Part shown: positions 8,518 through 17,492 of the stretch, one piece after another | Position numbering within the stretch: position 1 is the first letter of the stretch | Layout: every line of letters begins with the position of its first letter | From: a virus | Reading direction: 5' to 3' (one strand) | Length of the DNA stretch: 64,000 bases | IMG/VR virus record: IMGVR_UViG_3300046328_000056 | Span: 2,297-66,296 of that record | The notes under the pieces: model-generated | Database searches by the model: none | What the model was told of the DNA's origin: nothing | What the model saw: the letters and a program-made list of their open reading frames with translations, nothing else | Made by a program: the position numbers and the translations under genes

Positions 8518-9582
8518 ATGTCAGAAGTTAAATTCGGTAAGACCATCACATTGAAGCAAGCCGCTTCGCTTATCCGTAGCAACCCCGAGACTCGGTTCTT
8601 GTTGCGCGGCGAGCCCGGCATCGGTAAGTCATCCCTGCTGGAGAACATCGCTGGCGAGTTGGGCTATGACCATGCGTATATTGACGTACCCAATCTCGAC
8701 TTGGGCGACATTGCAATGCCTGTGATTGACCACGATACCAAGACCACACGGTATTACCCGAACGCTCGGTTCAAGTTGCATGAGAACAAGCCCATCGTCA
8801 TCATGCTCGACGAGTACACCAAGGGCGCAGACCCAGTGAAGAACATGCTTCACCCCATGTTCGAGAAGGCCAACCCCCGACTCGGTGACATTGCACTGCA
8901 CAAGCAGAACATCGTGTTCTTGACCGGTAACTTGACGACCGACGGTGTTGGTGACTCGTTGAAAGCGCACTCTCTGAATCGCTTGGTATCCGTAACCATC
9001 AGCAAGCCAGACGCTGAGCAATGGATTGAGTGGGCCATGAACAAAGGCATCGAGCCCGAGGTGATTGCGTGGGTGAATCGTTTCCCTCATGTGTTGGCAA
9101 GCTACACCGATGGTGGCCAGAACGACAACCCATACATCTACAACCCCAAGAAGCCACAGACTGCGTTCGTATCTCCACGTTCGCTTGAGACCGCCTCTAA
9201 CATTGTTAGGACTCGCAAGGAGAACGACACCGACTCAGTGATTGCGGCGTTGACTGGCGCTATCGGTGAATCAGGTGCGCGTGACATGCAAGCGTACATC
9301 GAGTTCTCAGATCAGTTGCCAACATGGGAAGCGACCATTGCAAGCCCTAAGACTACGAAAGTACCAACAAGCCCCGGCGCGTGTGCCATTGTGGTGTTTG
9401 GCGCGATTGCACGTATGGACAAGGCGAGCATTACGCCTTTCATGGAATACCTTGAGCGGTTCGATGCCGAGTGGCAAGCTGTATTTGCCATTAACATAGC
9501 GAAAACACCGAGCAAGCAGTCCATCGCGTTCAGTTGCAAGGCGTTCGCCGATTGGGTTGCAAAAAACCAAGATTTGTTGTAA
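8518..9582 (+). CDS. AAA+ ATPase (MoxR/dynein-related)
   Basis: Walker A GEPGIGKS, Walker B IMLDE, sensor TGN, SPRS motif. SD CAGGAG before ATG 8518; alternative ATG at 8491 inside the palindrome. Confidence 0.85.
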   Translation: MSEVKFGKTITLKQAASLIRSNPETRFLLRGEPGIGKSSLLENIAGELGYDHAYIDVPNLDLGDIAMPVIDHDTKTTRYYPNARFKLHENKPIVIMLDEYTKGADPVKNMLHPMFEKANPRLGDIALHKQNIVFLTGNLTTDGVGDSLKAHSLNRLVSVTISKPDAEQWIEWAMNKGIEPEVIAWVNRFPHVLASYTDGGQNDNPYIYNPKKPQTAFVSPRSLETASNIVRTRKENDTDSVIAALTGAIGESGARDMQAYIEFSDQLPTWEATIASPKTTKVPTSPGACAIVVFGAIARMDKASITPFMEYLERFDAEWQAVFAINIAKTPSKQSIAFSCKAFADWVAKNQDLL

Positions 9583-9595
9583 GAAAGGATTACAA

Positions 9596-10204
9596 ATGGG
9601 AAGATTCGTGGACTTAACCAACCAGCGTTTTGGCAGGTGGCTTGTGCAATATAGAGACCCGAAAGGGAAGTACGGTAAGCCTGCGTGGGTTTGCCTGTGC
9701 GACTGCGGTAGCACGAGTGTTGTGGCGGGTAGCGCCCTGCGCATGGGTGAGTCCACGAGTTGTGGATGCTTTCAGAGGGAGCTGGCGGCGAAGAACCTTG
9801 GGAACACTGCACGTAAACACGGGCGGCACAACACACCAGAGTACTTTCGTTGGCTCAGTATGAAGTTGCGTTGTCAGCATCCAAGCCATCATGCGTTTCA
9901 AAACTACGGTGGTAGAGGCATCTCTGTATGTGACCGCTGGAATAAAAGTTTTGAGGCGTTCGTCGAGGACGTGGGGGAGAGACCCACACCCGAACACACC
10001 CTTGATCGGATTGACAACGATGGAAACTACGAACCAACAAATGTTAGATGGGCTACACGGCAAGAACAGGCCAACAACAGGAGAAACAACGTGAGGATTA
10101 CACACAATGGGCAGACTAAAACATTGGCGGCATGGGCACGAGATATCGGTATCACCCCCGAAGGGGTGGCGTATCGAATCCAACACAACAAGCCGTTGCT
10201 GTGA
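9596..10204 (+). CDS. Free-standing HNH homing endonuclease
   Basis: DLTNQRFGRWLV, CLCDCG, SCGC, YGGRGISVCDRW, TLDRIDNDGNYEPTNVRWATRQEQANNRR. Confidence 0.9.
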   Translation: MGRFVDLTNQRFGRWLVQYRDPKGKYGKPAWVCLCDCGSTSVVAGSALRMGESTSCGCFQRELAAKNLGNTARKHGRHNTPEYFRWLSMKLRCQHPSHHAFQNYGGRGISVCDRWNKSFEAFVEDVGERPTPEHTLDRIDNDGNYEPTNVRWATRQEQANNRRNNVRITHNGQTKTLAAWARDIGITPEGVAYRIQHNKPLL

Positions 10205-10434
10205 AAGACAGAGACATCGAATTGGATAACGGTTGGGTTGTGCAAAGTGACACCAACCGCAGACTCCATGCGCTTGGGTACAGCGTAGGCGGGTACATCG
10301 ACAAAGGTGTGCCGCACTATGTGTTGTATCGGAGACTCGGAGAGGCAGGAGTTAAGTTCGAGCGAGTGCATGAGTTCGATTCCGAGGAGGAGTTGCAACG
10401 CACAGTGAAGTTATTGATACCACCGGAGTACTAA
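10201..10434 (+). CDS. Hypothetical protein
   Basis: GTG start overlapping the HNH stop (GTGA). Confidence 0.55.
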   Translation: MKDRDIELDNGWVVQSDTNRRLHALGYSVGGYIDKGVPHYVLYRRLGEAGVKFERVHEFDSEEELQRTVKLLIPPEY

Positions 10435-10436
10435 CA

Positions 10437-10742
10437 ATGTTATACGCACCTGTGAGCAAGCGAGCGATGTGGATGCTGGCGTGGGGGGAGATTGAGTATC
10501 TTGAGAAGGAACTCAGACGAATCAACGCCAACTACCAACTAGGCGCAGAGCAACGGATGTTTGCATTCGGAGACCATCCTCAGTATCGGTTTGTCTTGAT
10601 GAAGTGGAACCGTGACCCAAACACCTTTGAGAAGAAACGCGAGGAGGTGCTTGTGACCCACGATGTGCAACACATGGCATCGGTGTTGAAGATGCTGATA
10701 AGTATCGAGGACGACGATGAGCACAAAGAACATTACCTATAA
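10437..10742 (+). CDS. Hypothetical protein
   Basis: 101 aa, SD GGAG, ATG inside the palindrome. Confidence 0.65.
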   Translation: MLYAPVSKRAMWMLAWGEIEYLEKELRRINANYQLGAEQRMFAFGDHPQYRFVLMKWNRDPNTFEKKREEVLVTHDVQHMASVLKMLISIEDDDEHKEHYL

Positions 10743-10929
10743 AGAACTGCGGAAGATGTTGGACGACCCATACTTTGTGCAGTGGGTGACCACGTTCGAC
10801 TCTACCAAAGGGAACTTGGAAGTGGTGGGTTTCTGTGTGCGTAGACACAAAACATGGGAGACCGTGTTTACACACGAGAGCGAGACTGTGTGTAGGAAAG
10901 TATGTGACATGTTAAATGAAGGGAGCTAA
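10717..10929 (+). CDS. Hypothetical protein
   Basis: 70 aa, SD GAGGA. Confidence 0.55.
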   Translation: MSTKNITYKELRKMLDDPYFVQWVTTFDSTKGNLEVVGFCVRRHKTWETVFTHESETVCRKVCDMLNEGS

Positions 10930-10931
10930 CA

Positions 10932-12146
10932 ATGGTTGAAGAACGTAAAGTACAGAAGGCCAAGATCACGTTGATGCGTAACCCCAAGTTCGCATTGCTG
11001 TCGGGCATATTGATGGTGGGCAAGACCAAGGTCATGGATGGTATTCCGACTGCGTGTACCAATGGGCGCGATGAAATCTACGGACGTGGGTTCGTGAAGA
11101 AGTTGCGCGACCAAGAGTTGAACTTCGTGGTGGCGCATGAGAACTACCACAAGATGTATCGACACTTGACCACATGGAGAAAGTTGCATGACGAGGATGC
11201 GAGCTTGGCTAACGCCGCTTGTGACTACGTTATTAACCTGAGCCTTAAAGACTTAGACCCCAACGAGCAAGTCATTGCAATGCCCCGCTACACCGATGGC
11301 GAGATGAAGGGTAAAGGCATGGGCTTGGTTGATGAGCGGTTCCGTGGCATGAATGCCAAGCAGGTCTTCGACATTCTCAAGCAGGAGAAGGAGGAAGGCG
11401 GTGGTGGCAATGGCGATGGTGAAGGCGATGGTGGGTTTGACGACCACGACTGGGACAGTGCCAAGGATATGCCCGAGGAGGAGAAGAAGGAGTTGGCGCG
11501 GGAGATTGACCAAGCCATCCGTCAAGGCATCATGGCGCGTAACAAAGTCGCGGGAACTGGTGCAGATGGCGCAGACCGCGAGCTTGCCGAATTGCTTGAG
11601 CCAAAAGTTAATTGGCGTGAGGTGTTGCGTGACTTCGTGAAAGCCACATGCAATGCCAAGGACGCATCGTCATGGCGCAAGGTTAACCGTCGGTTCTTAT
11701 CGACAGGCACGTACATGCCGTCGCTGATCGGTGAAAAGGTCGGGCACTTGGTCGTGGCTGTGGATACGTCCGGCAGTGTAGGCAACGATGAGTTGGCTGA
11801 GTTTCTATCCGAGGTCAAAGGTATCGCGGAGGAGGTCAACCCTGCCTGTGTGGACTTGTTGTACTGGGGTAGCAGTGTGGTGGCGCATGAAACCTATGGC
11901 GATGGAGAGGCATCTAACATTGTTAGCTCAACTCGACCAGTAGGCGGCGGTGGCACAAGCCCAAGCTGTATCTCTGAGTATCTCAAGGAGAAGAACATTG
12001 CACCCGAGTGCGTCATCATCTTGACCGATGGCATGGTGGGCGGTGACTGGGGTAGCGAGTGGACTGCACCTACGCTGTGGTGCATTGTCGGTGACTACTT
12101 CGATGGCGAGGCCGACAACGGCAAGACCATTCACATCAAGGAGTGA
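10932..12146 (+). CDS. Metallopeptidase-vWA protein (DUF2201-like)
   Basis: PTACTNG, HExxH (AHENYH), ANAACDYVIN, MIDAS VAVDTSGS, GGGGT, IILTDG. Confidence 0.88.
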   Translation: MVEERKVQKAKITLMRNPKFALLSGILMVGKTKVMDGIPTACTNGRDEIYGRGFVKKLRDQELNFVVAHENYHKMYRHLTTWRKLHDEDASLANAACDYVINLSLKDLDPNEQVIAMPRYTDGEMKGKGMGLVDERFRGMNAKQVFDILKQEKEEGGGGNGDGEGDGGFDDHDWDSAKDMPEEEKKELAREIDQAIRQGIMARNKVAGTGADGADRELAELLEPKVNWREVLRDFVKATCNAKDASSWRKVNRRFLSTGTYMPSLIGEKVGHLVVAVDTSGSVGNDELAEFLSEVKGIAEEVNPACVDLLYWGSSVVAHETYGDGEASNIVSSTRPVGGGGTSPSCISEYLKEKNIAPECVIILTDGMVGGDWGSEWTAPTLWCIVGDYFDGEADNGKTIHIKE

Positions 12147-12149
12147 ACA

Positions 12150-12329
12150 ATGAAACTGGGGAAGCTGGACTATTCCGTAAGCAGAGAGGAAGGCTTTGTG
12201 AAGATCAACTGGGAAGTTATGCCAACAGGCGTAGTCATGTTGGACGTACTACAAGACTGGATAGTAGAACTGCAAGACATCTACGACGAGCAATTTGGAA
12301 AAGTTTTTAACCAAGGGGAATCAAAATGA
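12150..12329 (+). CDS. Hypothetical protein
   Basis: Hand translation MKLGKLDYSVSREEGFVKINW...LDVLQDWIVELQDIY...; SD AAGGAG. Confidence 0.55.
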   Translation: MKLGKLDYSVSREEGFVKINWEVMPTGVVMLDVLQDWIVELQDIYDEQFGKVFNQGESK

Positions 12330-13180
12330 GTATCAGTGCATCAGCAGTGTTAGTGGAATTGAACATCAGTGTGTGGCCTGCATCGAAGATTGATCGGGAG
12401 GTTACCGACAAGGTGAACACGGACGCATCAGCGGTACGTGGTGCATCGCAGACCAAGAAGAATCTGTTTGCGGGTACGTCACTACGCAAAGACATCGAGA
12501 AGTTTGCGGCGCGGGTTCGCCTGTATCACAACCAGCACACGTTGCCGTGGGCTGACAAGGGTGAGCGCATGTTGCCGACCAAGTTGTTCATGGAGTACAA
12601 GCAGACCATGAATGGGTTCGAGCAGACGTTCAACATGATGTGTCAGAACTTCTTCTTGGAGTACCCACGCCTTGTTGCCGAAGCCCCTACCAACTTGGGC
12701 ACGATGTACAAGCCCGAGGACTATCCCGACCTTGAGGATGTGAAGTTGAAGTTCGGGTTCCGTCGAGCGGTCAACCCCATGCCTGAGTCTGGCGACTTTC
12801 GCTTAGACATTCCAGCGAATGACTTGGAGGAGATGCGCAGCGAGTTCGAGGTGAAGTCCAACGAGCGACTGGCCGATGCCATGCGTGAGCCTTGGAAGCG
12901 ACTGCACAAAGTGTTGACCGACATGTCGGAGAAGCTGACCGACGTGGATGGCGACGAGGCCAAGAAGCGTTACCACGACTCTCTTATCAGCAACCCTATT
13001 GAGCTGTGTGAGCTGTTGACCAAGCTGAATGTAACCAACGACCCCAAGTTGGAGGAAGCACGTAGGCAGTTAGAGCTAACAATGTTAGGGGCTGACATCG
13101 AGAACATCAAAGAGTACGCAGACTCTCGTAGCGAATTGAAGTCCAAGGTGGATGCAATTCTTGACAAATTTACATGGTAA
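12326..13180 (+). CDS. Conserved phage protein (DUF3150-like)
   Basis: 284-aa helical protein with HTLPW...RMLP and LNVTNDPKL; typical neighbour of AAA/vWA modules. Confidence 0.65.
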   Translation: MSISASAVLVELNISVWPASKIDREVTDKVNTDASAVRGASQTKKNLFAGTSLRKDIEKFAARVRLYHNQHTLPWADKGERMLPTKLFMEYKQTMNGFEQTFNMMCQNFFLEYPRLVAEAPTNLGTMYKPEDYPDLEDVKLKFGFRRAVNPMPESGDFRLDIPANDLEEMRSEFEVKSNERLADAMREPWKRLHKVLTDMSEKLTDVDGDEAKKRYHDSLISNPIELCELLTKLNVTNDPKLEEARRQLELTMLGADIENIKEYADSRSELKSKVDAILDKFTW

Positions 13181-13189
13181 GGGGGAAAC

Positions 13190-13372
13190 ATGACAACACA
13201 AGACCTGCATGACACCAGCAAATTCTTAATGGATTTGCACTTTATCCAAGCTAACGCAATCGTAGGAGCTGAGTTGCAGGGTAACAAACAGGCGATCAAG
13301 TATATGAAGCGGATTGCTGAACTGCGGGAGTTAATTAAATTGGAAGTTGGAATCAAGGAGAAAACTAAATGA
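13190..13372 (+). CDS. Hypothetical protein
   Basis: 60 aa, SD AAGGGGG. Confidence 0.55.
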   Translation: MTTQDLHDTSKFLMDLHFIQANAIVGAELQGNKQAIKYMKRIAELRELIKLEVGIKEKTK

Positions 13373-14238
13373 ACGTATTAGAAATGAACAACTTGGAACT
13401 TGACGAGAAGCTGACAAAGCGCGTGGCAAATGAGCCCGACTTTAAGATGGCGGGTGTCATATCCATACTTGAGCCGGTTGTATTGCGCTTGGCAACACTC
13501 AATCCATTGTGGCGATTCGTAGTGTTTGACTACCACTACCGCTTCGGGGGTAACTGCCTTGCAAGTGCATTCCGTGTGTATGACCAAGGCGAGGAGATCG
13601 GGCGCATCGGTCGTACCCATCGTGGCCAAACAGAAGTTATCGCTATCTCCAACGACCGTATCAGTAACCAGCGTACACGCGCAAATGCGTACATGACTGC
13701 GGATGCGGACAAGGCTGTCTTGAAAGCCAAGAAGCTGTTCTACAAACTCAAGCCCGACGAGCGAATGAAGGATGCCATGTCTAAGGCGCAGACAGTCATT
13801 GACAACCAAGTACATCGCAAGAACAGAGATAAGCGTGACCACACGTCGAGACTGCGGGATGTGGCGTTGGAATTCATATCCACTGACGAGGGCATGTTGG
13901 CGTTCGTAGGCTGGGTCAAGACATTGACGGGGAGCCAGCAAGCGCCGATCCACAAGTCGATGAATGAAATGGCACGCCTGTCCGATGAACTGATTACGAT
14001 AGAAGACGTAAGGAAGAAGTACGGCGACAGCAAGGCGGCATTGGTAGTGCGCGACGGTGGAAAATATCTTGTGCGACTACTTGACAGTGTACAGTTGTAT
14101 GACGATACTACGCTCCCCGATGAGATGAAGGGCAAGCTAGGTATGCTCAAGCTAGTGGAGGCCGAGCACTTTATCACGAACATCGGTTGCCGTATCTCAG
14201 ATGAAGTGTTTGTGTTGTTGATGAACGAGGAGGTCTAA
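13369..14238 (+). CDS. Hypothetical protein
   Basis: 289 aa, SD AAGGAG. Confidence 0.8.
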   Translation: MNVLEMNNLELDEKLTKRVANEPDFKMAGVISILEPVVLRLATLNPLWRFVVFDYHYRFGGNCLASAFRVYDQGEEIGRIGRTHRGQTEVIAISNDRISNQRTRANAYMTADADKAVLKAKKLFYKLKPDERMKDAMSKAQTVIDNQVHRKNRDKRDHTSRLRDVALEFISTDEGMLAFVGWVKTLTGSQQAPIHKSMNEMARLSDELITIEDVRKKYGDSKAALVVRDGGKYLVRLLDSVQLYDDTTLPDEMKGKLGMLKLVEAEHFITNIGCRISDEVFVLLMNEEV

Positions 14239-14240
14239 CA

Positions 14241-14357
14241 ATGTTAGATGTGATGGCTTTGATTGCGGTGCTGTTCATTGGCCTTGGCCTTGGCGGTGTG
14301 GTGATAGCAGTGTTCTTGTATGCACTTGACAAGATGCAAAACGGAGGTAGGAAATGA
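14241..14357 (+). CDS. Small single-TM protein
   Basis: MLDVMALIAVLFIGLGLGGVVIAVFLYALDKMQNGGRK; SD GAGGAGG; ATG inside the palindrome. Confidence 0.6.
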   Translation: MLDVMALIAVLFIGLGLGGVVIAVFLYALDKMQNGGRK

Positions 14358-14557
14358 TTCTCGACCCAGAAGACGAAGCGTTCAACGAGATTGAACGACA
14401 AGCACAGCAACGCAAGGAAGCTGTGAAGGCCTCAGTATCCCTTAACCCATACCGAGCCCAAGTCATCGAGGAAGTGGCACAGCACATCGAGAAGATGACG
14501 GTGTTTGGTAAGGACACAGTTGACAGTTTTGCGATTTATATCAGGGGAATGAAATGA
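14354..14557 (+). CDS. Hypothetical protein
   Basis: 67 aa, SD GGAGG. Confidence 0.65.
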   Translation: MILDPEDEAFNEIERQAQQRKEAVKASVSLNPYRAQVIEEVAQHIEKMTVFGKDTVDSFAIYIRGMK

Positions 14558-14775
14558 GCTGGAAAGATTTGACGGTTAAATACATCAAAGAGCTGATGAA
14601 GCCAAAGCCAATCAGCGAGATCATCGAGAAAGAAATGCGCGAGGCCATCATCAAAAAGTTGGAAGCTGAGAGTGCTGTGGAATACGCAAGGTCAATCGTG
14701 ACCTACAACCAGCAACGTATTGAGCGGCTGGAGAAGCGGCTGTATGAACATTCAGATGGAGATGGACGTGATTAG
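14554..14775 (+). CDS. Hypothetical coiled-coil protein
   Basis: 73 aa, ATGA overlap. Confidence 0.65.
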   Translation: MSWKDLTVKYIKELMKPKPISEIIEKEMREAIIKKLEAESAVEYARSIVTYNQQRIERLEKRLYEHSDGDGRD

Positions 14776-14974
14776 CAGAATCATTCTTTTGAGCGCGGTG
14801 GTTGGGTGGAGTGGTATTAACCTGCTACCCGCTACTGCGGAACCTATAAAGCCTTTGACTTCAGCGCAGTTGCAAGCCAAGGCCAAACAAAAGTCAGTGA
14901 GCAATGTGTGCAAGGGCAAGAGGAAAAGCAAGACAGTTAAAGAGATGTGCAGACGCTGGGAGGAACAAGCATGA
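14768..14974 (+). CDS. Hypothetical protein with signal-peptide-like N-terminus
   Basis: GTG 14768, MISRIILLSAVVGWSGINLLPATA; two Cys near the C-terminus. Confidence 0.5.
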   Translation: MISRIILLSAVVGWSGINLLPATAEPIKPLTSAQLQAKAKQKSVSNVCKGKRKSKTVKEMCRRWEEQA

Positions 14975-15357
14975 TTGAAGCAAGAGAAATTGATGGTGAG
15001 TTGTGGATAAAAGCATCAGACCATCATCGAGCCATTGCAGAGTTGAAAAGCCAAGAGCCTGTGGCGTTTCTTGCAAACGCTATGCGTTTCAAACTGAGTT
15101 TTGATAGCGAAGGAAAGGTCAACTGTTTTTGGAATCAAAAAGAACTTGGTGGTCGATGGGTTGCTTTGGTTGCGGCAGAAGATGATTGTCATTTAAAGCT
15201 CACCCACCCACCACAGCGCACATGGGTAGGGCTGACGGATGAGGAAATTGACAAGACACACGAAACACAGGTTTGGGATGCAAGGCGAAGCTACGCCCGA
15301 GCCATTGAAGCCAAACTCAAGCAAAAGAACGGCTTTGCCGAGGAGAAGAACACATGA
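14971..15357 (+). CDS. Hypothetical protein with C-terminal WVGLTD module
   Basis: QEPVA...QRTWVGLTDEEI...RAIEAKLKQKN. Confidence 0.7.
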   Translation: MIEAREIDGELWIKASDHHRAIAELKSQEPVAFLANAMRFKLSFDSEGKVNCFWNQKELGGRWVALVAAEDDCHLKLTHPPQRTWVGLTDEEIDKTHETQVWDARRSYARAIEAKLKQKNGFAEEKNT

Positions 15358-15617
15358 GCGAAATTAAAACAGAAATAAAACGCAACACAGATGGTAGCTA
15401 CACCATTACGGACGCACACTCGACCGCAGACGTTGTTCGATGGTTGTTGACACAAGACGACAAAGAAACAATCCTGTATTTACTTGGTGATAAACAACAG
15501 CGCACATGGGTAGGGCTGACGGATAAAGAAGCGCAATGGCTTTACGACAACTGCCGAACACCTAGTAATTTGATTGATATGGTGGAAGCCAAACTCAAGG
15601 AGAAGAACAATGCTTGA
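15354..15617 (+). CDS. Hypothetical protein with C-terminal WVGLTD module
   Basis: QRTWVGLTDKEA...VEAKLKEKN; shares an exact 28-bp repeat with the previous gene. Confidence 0.7.
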   Translation: MSEIKTEIKRNTDGSYTITDAHSTADVVRWLLTQDDKETILYLLGDKQQRTWVGLTDKEAQWLYDNCRTPSNLIDMVEAKLKEKNNA

Positions 15618-15771
15618 AGCAATCAGAACATTTTTTGGCAGGGTGCGTGGGCAACACCGAGAGAAACAGACCATTGTGGTTGAGGGTGAGTTGTACCGAT
15701 GCACCAAGTGCAAGTTAATTTTTATAACCAAATCAGCAGGGGAGCAACATGAGTGCAGTGAGCGCGTTTAA
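15610..15771 (+). CDS. Small zinc-finger-like protein
   Basis: YRCTKCKLIFITKSAGEQHEC. Confidence 0.55.
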   Translation: MLEAIRTFFGRVRGQHREKQTIVVEGELYRCTKCKLIFITKSAGEQHECSERV

Positions 15772-15997
15772 TTGGAAAGAGTACACCGATCAAGAGATCG
15801 CACGTAGAGGCGACCCATTCAAGGACATCAAACGCAATGCGGCCATCAGTGCCAACATGACCGAGGGCTTGAACAAGATTCGCAAAACAAACCCAAGCCA
15901 CGGCACGATCTTCGGCATAACAGAGAAGAACATAAGCACCAGAGCACCGGACATGATGGAGAAGAAACGTGCCAAGACCAAAAAGCGAGCTGACTAA
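15749..15997 (+). CDS. Hypothetical protein
   Basis: 82 aa, SD GGGGAG. Confidence 0.55.
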   Translation: MSAVSAFNWKEYTDQEIARRGDPFKDIKRNAAISANMTEGLNKIRKTNPSHGTIFGITEKNISTRAPDMMEKKRAKTKKRAD

Positions 15998-16130
15998 AAA
16001 CGGCAAAACCATAGGCGTTCGTTTAACTCCGAGCGAGTATGAGGAGTACGTAAAACTTGGCAAGAGCAAATGGGTGCGAAAGCTTTTACGAGAAAGCAAA
16101 GACAAGAGGACAAAAAATGCAAGTATGTAA
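15969..16130 (+). CDS. Small RHH-like DNA-binding protein
   Basis: Hand translation from GTG: MPRPKSELTKNGKTIGVRLTPSEYEEYVKLGKSKWVRKLLRESK. Confidence 0.5.
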   Translation: MPRPKSELTKNGKTIGVRLTPSEYEEYVKLGKSKWVRKLLRESKDKRTKNASM

Positions 16131-16392
16131 AGGGTGTGGAGCCCCAATCCTGAGCGGCGACAACTGCAAGTTCTGCGGTGCGTCACAGGTTGAAGAGCCA
16201 AAACAAAAACGGAAAGGGCGGGGTCTTGGTAAGAAGCCCAGCCTTTTCAATACGAGCTTGCGTCTATCGAAGGAGGTGATGGATTACTTCAACACCCACC
16301 ATCCGTATACAAAGCAAGCCAAGATTCGTGAAATTCTGACCGAGTATGTAAACAGCCAACAGCAAGGAGCTAACAATGGCAACAGCAAGTAA
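16117..16392 (+). CDS. Zn-ribbon plus BrnA-like RHH protein
   Basis: CKGC...CKFC, KGRG, TSLRLSKEVMDYF...QAKIREILTEYV. Confidence 0.6.
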   Translation: MQVCKGCGAPILSGDNCKFCGASQVEEPKQKRKGRGLGKKPSLFNTSLRLSKEVMDYFNTHHPYTKQAKIREILTEYVNSQQQGANNGNSK

Positions 16393-16876
16393 AGTTCGTA
16401 AACTCACCCGCGCCGCAAAGATGCGCGAGTACTTCACCGCCAACCCAACAGCTACTGTGACAGCCGTAGCCAAGAAGTTCAAGACCACGTACCAGATCGC
16501 GTACATGTGCAAGAAAGGGATGGTAGAGAACGCAGTGAAGGACGCTGAGCGTATCTACGAAATTGGCAAGGGGCGCAAGCAACCCAAACAAAAACTTGCG
16601 CTTATCAGTGGAACCCCAACCTACATCACAATGGTTGAGCCGCGACCTGACCCGGTAAATCATCCTACTCATTACAAAGTAGGTGGAATCGAGACCATCG
16701 ACTTCATCGAGGCCAAGGGCTTGACGTATCATTTGGGCAATGCCGTGAAGTACATCACTCGCGCCGACCACAAAGGCAATCGACTGCAAGACTTGGAGAA
16801 AGCCCGTTGGTATCTTGATCGGGAGATCGGCAACTTGAGCGAGAAATTGGCCACACAAAGTATCCAACAACTGTAA
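16376..16876 (+). CDS. DUF3310 protein with N-terminal HTH-like region
   Basis: DPVNHPTHYKVGGIETIDFIE...YHLGNAVKYITRADHKG...DLEKARWYL. Confidence 0.85.
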   Translation: MATASKVRKLTRAAKMREYFTANPTATVTAVAKKFKTTYQIAYMCKKGMVENAVKDAERIYEIGKGRKQPKQKLALISGTPTYITMVEPRPDPVNHPTHYKVGGIETIDFIEAKGLTYHLGNAVKYITRADHKGNRLQDLEKARWYLDREIGNLSEKLATQSIQQL

Positions 16877-17016
16877 TCTGAGGGGGGTAAGCATAGATTG
16901 AGGACGACCTAGCTGGCAGATGTGATGGTGTCTTTGTGGGTGGGGTTCCCCCCTAGAGTATTAAGCCCCACTCAATCCCCTGACGTGACGGAGGGCACGT
17001 AATCTGCCAACCCTCC
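16874..17016 (+). ncRNA. Candidate structured RNA with two pseudoknot-type pairings
   Basis: Stems 16874-80/16894-900, 16914-21/17002-09, 16938-47/16964-73, 16983-87/16996-17000. Loop pairings AGGGGGG(16881)/CCCCCCT(16948) and GGAGGG(16990)/CCCTCC(17011). Confidence 0.45.
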
Positions 17017-17044
17017 ACCCTTAACATTGTTAGGGTAAATCCTG

Positions 17045-17068
17045 AGCCACCTGCGGGTGGCTTTTTTT
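17045..17068 (+). terminator. Rho-independent terminator
   Basis: AGCCACC-TGCG-GGTGGCT followed by a T run. Confidence 0.85.
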
Positions 17069-17077
17069 CGTCTGTAC

Positions 17078-17105
17078 TTGACAATGTCCAACGGTGTGTT
17101 ATAGT
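17078..17105 (+). promoter_or_regulatory. Promoter of the replication operon
   Basis: TTGACA-N16-TATAGT with extended -10; CTTGACAATGT(C/A)CAA shared with the promoter at 24156. Confidence 0.7.
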
Positions 17106-17138
17106 GATGGCTTGAAAAACAACTGGAGGATTAGCGGC

Positions 17139-17492
17139 ATGACTTTTCATTTGACCCCAATCGTTTTGAACGATGGTGATTGGCTTAACGAATGCCCATA
17201 CTGCAAGGGCAACAACTTACACCAATCAGACGTATCCGTATACAACCCCGCCAACGCGCGAGTTGAGTGGCAAGTCAACACCGAGAAAAGCAAAATCACT
17301 ACCCAAACACAAGTTACGCATGTGTTGACCAACGGCACGGTGACTACTACAACGGTTGATGCAGATGCTACAAGCAACCCGAGCCCAGAGCGCCAAGGCT
17401 TGACCATAGATTTTTGGTGCGAGACTTGCGAAAACAAACCCGTCTTAGCCATATTCCAGCACAAGGGAATAACCTTCATGGGTTGGAAATAA
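17139..17492 (+). CDS. Zinc-binding hypothetical protein
   Basis: SD GGAGGA; CPYC...LHQ...FWCETC...QHKG. Confidence 0.7.
   Translation: MTFHLTPIVLNDGDWLNECPYCKGNNLHQSDVSVYNPANARVEWQVNTEKSKITTQTQVTHVLTNGTVTTTTVDADATSNPSPERQGLTIDFWCETCENKPVLAIFQHKGITFMGWK

Noticed and set aside
10033-10047. CCAACAAATGTTAG as another palindrome copy
   Set aside because: Spacing and left arm do not match TAACA(A/T)TGTTA, so it was not counted.
16877-17016. tRNA, tmRNA or HDV-like ribozyme identity for the structured region
   Set aside because: No T-loop or CCA end, no tag reading frame, and no P3/P4 elements; kept only as an unclassified candidate.
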